Positions 25,421 to 28,502 of a stretch of DNA of 28,502 nucleotides are shown here, piece by piece. The translations under genes were made by a program, and so were the position numbers. The DNA lies in the NCBI GenBank assembly GCA_002482925.1, contig DLGX01000066.1, forward strand, positions 1-28,502, in the 5' to 3' direction. This DNA comes from Candidatus Saccharibacteria bacterium UBA7683 (lineage in GTDB: Bacteria > Patescibacteriota > Saccharimonadia > Saccharimonadales > UBA7683). Within the stretch, counting starts at the first letter, position 1, and each line of letters starts with the position of its first letter. The notes below the pieces were generated by a model. It had not been told where the DNA came from, did no database searches, and worked only from the letters and a program-made list of their open reading frames with translations.

Positions 25421-25429
25421 ATCATATCA
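25421..25429 (-). promoter_or_regulatory. Extended -10 (TGATATGAT), leaderless arrangement
   Basis: TG-A-TATGAT, then AGGTGC, then ATG 25414. Confidence 0.6.
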
Positions 25430-25489
25430 TCAGATAAGCATTACTGAATAGTGGTATTTCTTACAATTTGTCTAAACTACTGCTAAGAA

Positions 25490-25518
25490 TTGACTTAACT
25501 AACAGTTGTAAGTATAAT
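25490..25518 (+). promoter_or_regulatory. Promoter TTGACT-N17-TATAAT for the orphan lipoprotein
   Basis: -35 at 25490..25495 and -10 at 25513..25518, ATG 8 nt downstream. Confidence 0.8.
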
Positions 25519-25526
25519 ATTTTTCA

Positions 25527-26030
25527 ATGTACGAAAACCGATATCCACTAAGAAATAGACTCGTGCGTTCTGTATTGATCGTCGCTGGAGCTGCTCTATT
25601 GGTCGCTGGTTGCACTAGCCCGTCCGATGAAGAACGTGACATACCAGACATAGAGCTCCCGGGCGACGCCCCGGACAACATGTCGACCACACCTACTTAT
25701 ACAGTTCCAATGAATGAAGTCGCTGCAACTGATGTCACAGAAGCAGCTCAAGAAAATCCAAGCTGCGAAGAACTTAGCAACGACACCGCACCAGATGCTG
25801 GGCGTATGTCAATTGTTGATAGTTATAATGCTGAACGCGGCGCACCAGCGGGACTTGAAGGTGTATACGCAGAACTGGTATATGTTGATGGCGCATACTA
25901 TCTTGCAGATAAAGCAACGGCATGTGGGCTTCCTGAAGTAGCAGCCGCTTATGAAAGCGATGTGCAGACTTTAACAGACTGGACACGCGAAGATGTTGAT
26001 GCAGCTTGGGCCTATTTAGGTAGCTACTAG
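25527..26030 (+). CDS. Putative acidic lipoprotein or exported protein (orphan)
   Basis: Basic n-region, hydrophobic h-region, lipobox-like LVAG-C29. Mature part has about 29 D/E versus 5 K/R. Confidence 0.72.
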   Translation: MYENRYPLRNRLVRSVLIVAGAALLVAGCTSPSDEERDIPDIELPGDAPDNMSTTPTYTVPMNEVAATDVTEAAQENPSCEELSNDTAPDAGRMSIVDSYNAERGAPAGLEGVYAELVYVDGAYYLADKATACGLPEVAAAYESDVQTLTDWTREDVDAAWAYLGSY

Positions 26031-27481
26031 TTAATTTCTAACTGTTTTTTGATAATTTGCTGAGCTACGCCTGGATTTGCCTGACCTTTAGACTTTGCCA
26101 TAACTTGGCCTACCAAAAAACCAATTGCTTTCACTTCACCGTTTTTAACGTCTTTAGCTGCTTTTTCATTTTCTGCTAAAACTTCAGCTACGATCTTTTC
26201 AATTGCACCTTCATCAGAAACCTGAATAAGGTTTCTTTCTTTTGCTAAAGTTTCCGGATCAGTTTTTTCAGTGATAATAGATTCAAGCAATTCTTTAGCA
26301 CTTGTTGAACTCAGCTCGTTTTCGTTTACCATTCTTGCAAGTTTTAGTAGCGGATCGCCAGCTTCACAAACTTGATTCCAAGTAAGTGCGCCGTCTGCTA
26401 CGAGCTTTAGAACGTCTCCGGTTAACCAGTTTGAAATGGTTTTTGTTAGCTCTTTGTCTTTCTCTAGAAGGCCAACCACAAACCGCGCGAGCTGTGGCTC
26501 TTCAACGATACTTTCTACTTGTGAAGATGAAATTCCAATCTGTGAAAGCATTTTTCGAACCTCGTCTGGCATTGTAGGAATCTCGGTCTTGAGCCTTTCT
26601 ATATATTCATCAGTCAGTACAATTGGTGGAACATCTGGCTCTGGCATGTAGCGGTAATCATGAGCATCTTCTTTAGTGCGCTGAGAAAAAGTACTTTGTT
26701 TTGCGTCGTCCCAACCACGAGTTTCTTGTACGATTGAACCGCCTTCTTCAAGAACTTCAATTTGTCTGGCAATTTCGTACTCTACTGATTTTTCAACAGA
26801 CTTGAATGAATTAAGATTCTTAGTTTCTGTACGAGTACCTAGTACCTCAGGGTCTTTGCTTACTGAAACATTCACGTCAAAGCGCATATTGCCGTGGTAT
26901 AAATCTGCGTCACTCACATCAGCATATTTAACTTGTAGATAAAGTGCTTTGGCGAATGCTTTGGCTTCTGCAGCAGAATGCATATCAGGTTCCGACACAA
27001 TTTCAAGCAGTGGCGTTCCAGCACGATTAAGATCTACTAACGAATAATCTCTACCCGCCGGATGCGTTGACTTACCGGCGTCTTCTTCCATGTGCGCACG
27101 AGTAATGCCTATGCGTTTTTCAATGCCGTCTACAATGATATCTACGTAGCCGCCCAAAACTATCGGTTCTTCAAACTGGCTAATTTGGTAGCCCTTGGGG
27201 AGGTCTGGGTAAAAATAATGTTTGCGGTCGAATTTACTAAATTTTTGCGGGGTAGTATTAAGCGCAAATGCAGCCTTAGCAGCAAGCTCCACTGCTTTTT
27301 TGTTAAGTACCGGTAACGCGCCTGGCATACCAAAGCTTACATGCCCAACTGTAGTGTTCGGAGCTTTACCTCGGGCGTCGTTTTCTTCACCAGCAAATAG
27401 CTTGCTCTTGGTTTTAAGCTGAACATGACATTCTATGCCAATCGTAGCTGTGTAGTGTTTTTTTATATCAGCAGAAATCAT
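26027..27481 (-). CDS. gatB: Asp-tRNA(Asn)/Glu-tRNA(Gln) amidotransferase subunit B
   Basis: IGIECHVQL, FDRKHYFYPDLPKGYQISQF, HMEEDAGK, VDLNRAGTPLLEIVSEP, MRFDVNVS, YRYMPEPD, GFLVGQVM. Start moved from 27535 to 27481 (ATGA overlap with the upstream gene). Confidence 0.97.
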   Translation of the reverse strand: MISADIKKHYTATIGIECHVQLKTKSKLFAGEENDARGKAPNTTVGHVSFGMPGALPVLNKKAVELAAKAAFALNTTPQKFSKFDRKHYFYPDLPKGYQISQFEEPIVLGGYVDIIVDGIEKRIGITRAHMEEDAGKSTHPAGRDYSLVDLNRAGTPLLEIVSEPDMHSAAEAKAFAKALYLQVKYADVSDADLYHGNMRFDVNVSVSKDPEVLGTRTETKNLNSFKSVEKSVEYEIARQIEVLEEGGSIVQETRGWDDAKQSTFSQRTKEDAHDYRYMPEPDVPPIVLTDEYIERLKTEIPTMPDEVRKMLSQIGISSSQVESIVEEPQLARFVVGLLEKDKELTKTISNWLTGDVLKLVADGALTWNQVCEAGDPLLKLARMVNENELSSTSAKELLESIITEKTDPETLAKERNLIQVSDEGAIEKIVAEVLAENEKAAKDVKNGEVKAIGFLVGQVMAKSKGQANPGVAQQIIKKQLEIN

Positions 27482-27873
27482 AGCGCCCCCAAATCTTTCA
27501 ACGCTTTTTTGTATTGTCGGAGTGCTTTTTGGCATTCAATTGCAGTAGGGCTGGCGTCTGATTCGTGAACGAGCTGATTGCGGAGTTTATGAGCTGCCCA
27601 TGCTCCGTTAACATCTCTGAGGAACCCTGTTGAATTATTTAATCGCTCACCAGTCGTTCCACCTTTTATCCCAGCATTTTTAAGCGCTTCATCTAAAAGC
27701 GTGTCGGCTTTGATTACAGCCTCTGTATAATTTTCGTTTGAATCAATACGCTCCCAATGTTTTTCAAAGTAATTCTTATTCATGCGTGGCTTGCCTTTGT
27801 GAGCAATGAGCAAAATTATCAGCACAAGTATTAGTAGAATAAAAAATAATGCTAGTACACTTGAATTAATCAT
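27478..27873 (-). CDS. Membrane-anchored HEPN-like (RNxxxH) protein
   Basis: N-terminal TM (aa 6-24), helical domain with [13 protein letters not shown], and R98-N-Q-L-V-H103-E. ATGA overlaps with both gatA and gatB. Confidence 0.75.
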   Translation of the reverse strand: MINSSVLALFFILLILVLIILLIAHKGKPRMNKNYFEKHWERIDSNENYTEAVIKADTLLDEALKNAGIKGGTTGERLNNSTGFLRDVNGAWAAHKLRNQLVHESDASPTAIECQKALRQYKKALKDLGAL

Positions 27874-28502
27874 GCTGCCTCCTCATATGCTTTCGCGATC
27901 GCCAATAATTCTTTGTCTTTACGCTGCGGCGCCATTATTTGTAAGCCAACCGGCAAATCATGTGCTGTGCCACAAGGAACACTTATTGCGGGAACGCCCA
28001 CCATGCTCGCGCCTACGGTCATGATATCCCCAAGATACATTGCAAGCGGATCAGTACTGTTTTCGCCGATTTTAAAGGCCGTCGTTGGTGCAACTGGACC
28101 TACAAGAAAATCTACCGATTTAAACACTTCGTTGAATTCATTCACCAACTTAGTTCGAACTGTTTGGGCTTTTTTATAATACGCATCGTAATAACCACTT
28201 GAAAGCACATACGTACCGATCATAATTCGTCGCTTTGCTTCAGCGCCGAAACCTTGCTGGCGTGCCACTTCGTAGCTTTCATCAAGATCTTGTGCATCTT
28301 TTAACGCATGACCGAAGCGCTGACCATCATACCTTGCAAGGTTCGAACTTACTTCTGCAGGACACACAATATAATAGACCGCGAGTGCAAGCGGTAGACT
28401 CGGCAAGCTTACTTCTTTTACTTCAGCACCGCGCTGTTTTAATACAGCAACTGCGTTTTCTACTTTCTTTTTAACTTCTGGATCTAAACCTTCACCAAAG
28501 TA
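27870..28502 (-). CDS. gatA: Glutamyl-tRNA(Gln) amidotransferase subunit A, C-terminal part (runs off the window end)
   Basis: [58 protein letters not shown]. The frame stays open to 28502 ([12 protein letters not shown]...), so TTG 28406 is not the start. Confidence 0.97.
   Translation of the reverse strand, partial: YFGEGLDPEVKKKVENAVAVLKQRGAEVKEVSLPSLPLALAVYYIVCPAEVSSNLARYDGQRFGHALKDAQDLDESYEVARQQGFGAEAKRRIMIGTYVLSSGYYDAYYKKAQTVRTKLVNEFNEVFKSVDFLVGPVAPTTAFKIGENSTDPLAMYLGDIMTVGASMVGVPAISVPCGTAHDLPVGLQIMAPQRKDKELLAIAKAYEEAA

Noticed and set aside
27482-27535. N-terminal extension of GatB in the ORF track
   Set aside because: It lies within the HEPN-like gene. The ATGA overlap at 27478..27481 gives the canonical start.
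1-28502. Recoded TGA (genetic code 25, as in Gracilibacteria/Absconditabacteria)
   Set aside because: Conserved genes have no in-frame TGA breaks, and TGA ends rnhB and gatA at their expected C-termini, so code 11 applies.
1-28502. CRISPR array, tRNA/rRNA, IS element, prophage or integron
   Set aside because: No intergenic region is long enough or shows repeat-spacer, cloverleaf or terminal-repeat structure, and no transposase, integrase or phage ORF was recognised. The apparent repeats are coding low-complexity tails in rplS and nusA.

Overview
This 28.5 kb window is compact and mostly housekeeping bacterial chromosome with tiny intergenic gaps and standard genetic code 11. Gene content, gene architecture and promoter style suggest Patescibacteria (CPR), probably Saccharibacteria/TM7; this is an inference, not a database result. 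Gene order: tyrS (partial), class A PBP, PIN-TRAM, radA, a secreted gluzincin-like coiled-coil protein, clpC, orphan, nusA, orphan, pepN, yraN, rnhB, orphan membrane protein, rplS, acidic mini-protein, malic enzyme, PilB/GspE-type ATPase, SpoU/TrmH methylase, dnaE, recF, three small membrane/stress proteins, orphan lipoprotein, gatB, a membrane-anchored HEPN-like gene, gatA (partial). I see no rRNA, tRNA, CRISPR array, intein or mobile element. The main points of interest are: (1) a TM-anchored RNxxxH (HEPN-like) gene translationally coupled between gatA and gatB; (2) a perfect CIRCE operator over the clpC -35 box in a reduced clpC-radA-PIN/TRAM cluster with no ctsR/mcsAB upstream; (3) about 13 genes with a -10 box only 6-10 nt before the start codon, implying widespread leaderless mRNAs; (4) a terminator-like hairpin in the putative nusA leader; (5) a Cys-free, divergent PilB-type motor; (6) several orphan genes with their own promoters placed within or beside conserved gene clusters. 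All family calls come from motif recognition by eye and need HMM or structure confirmation.
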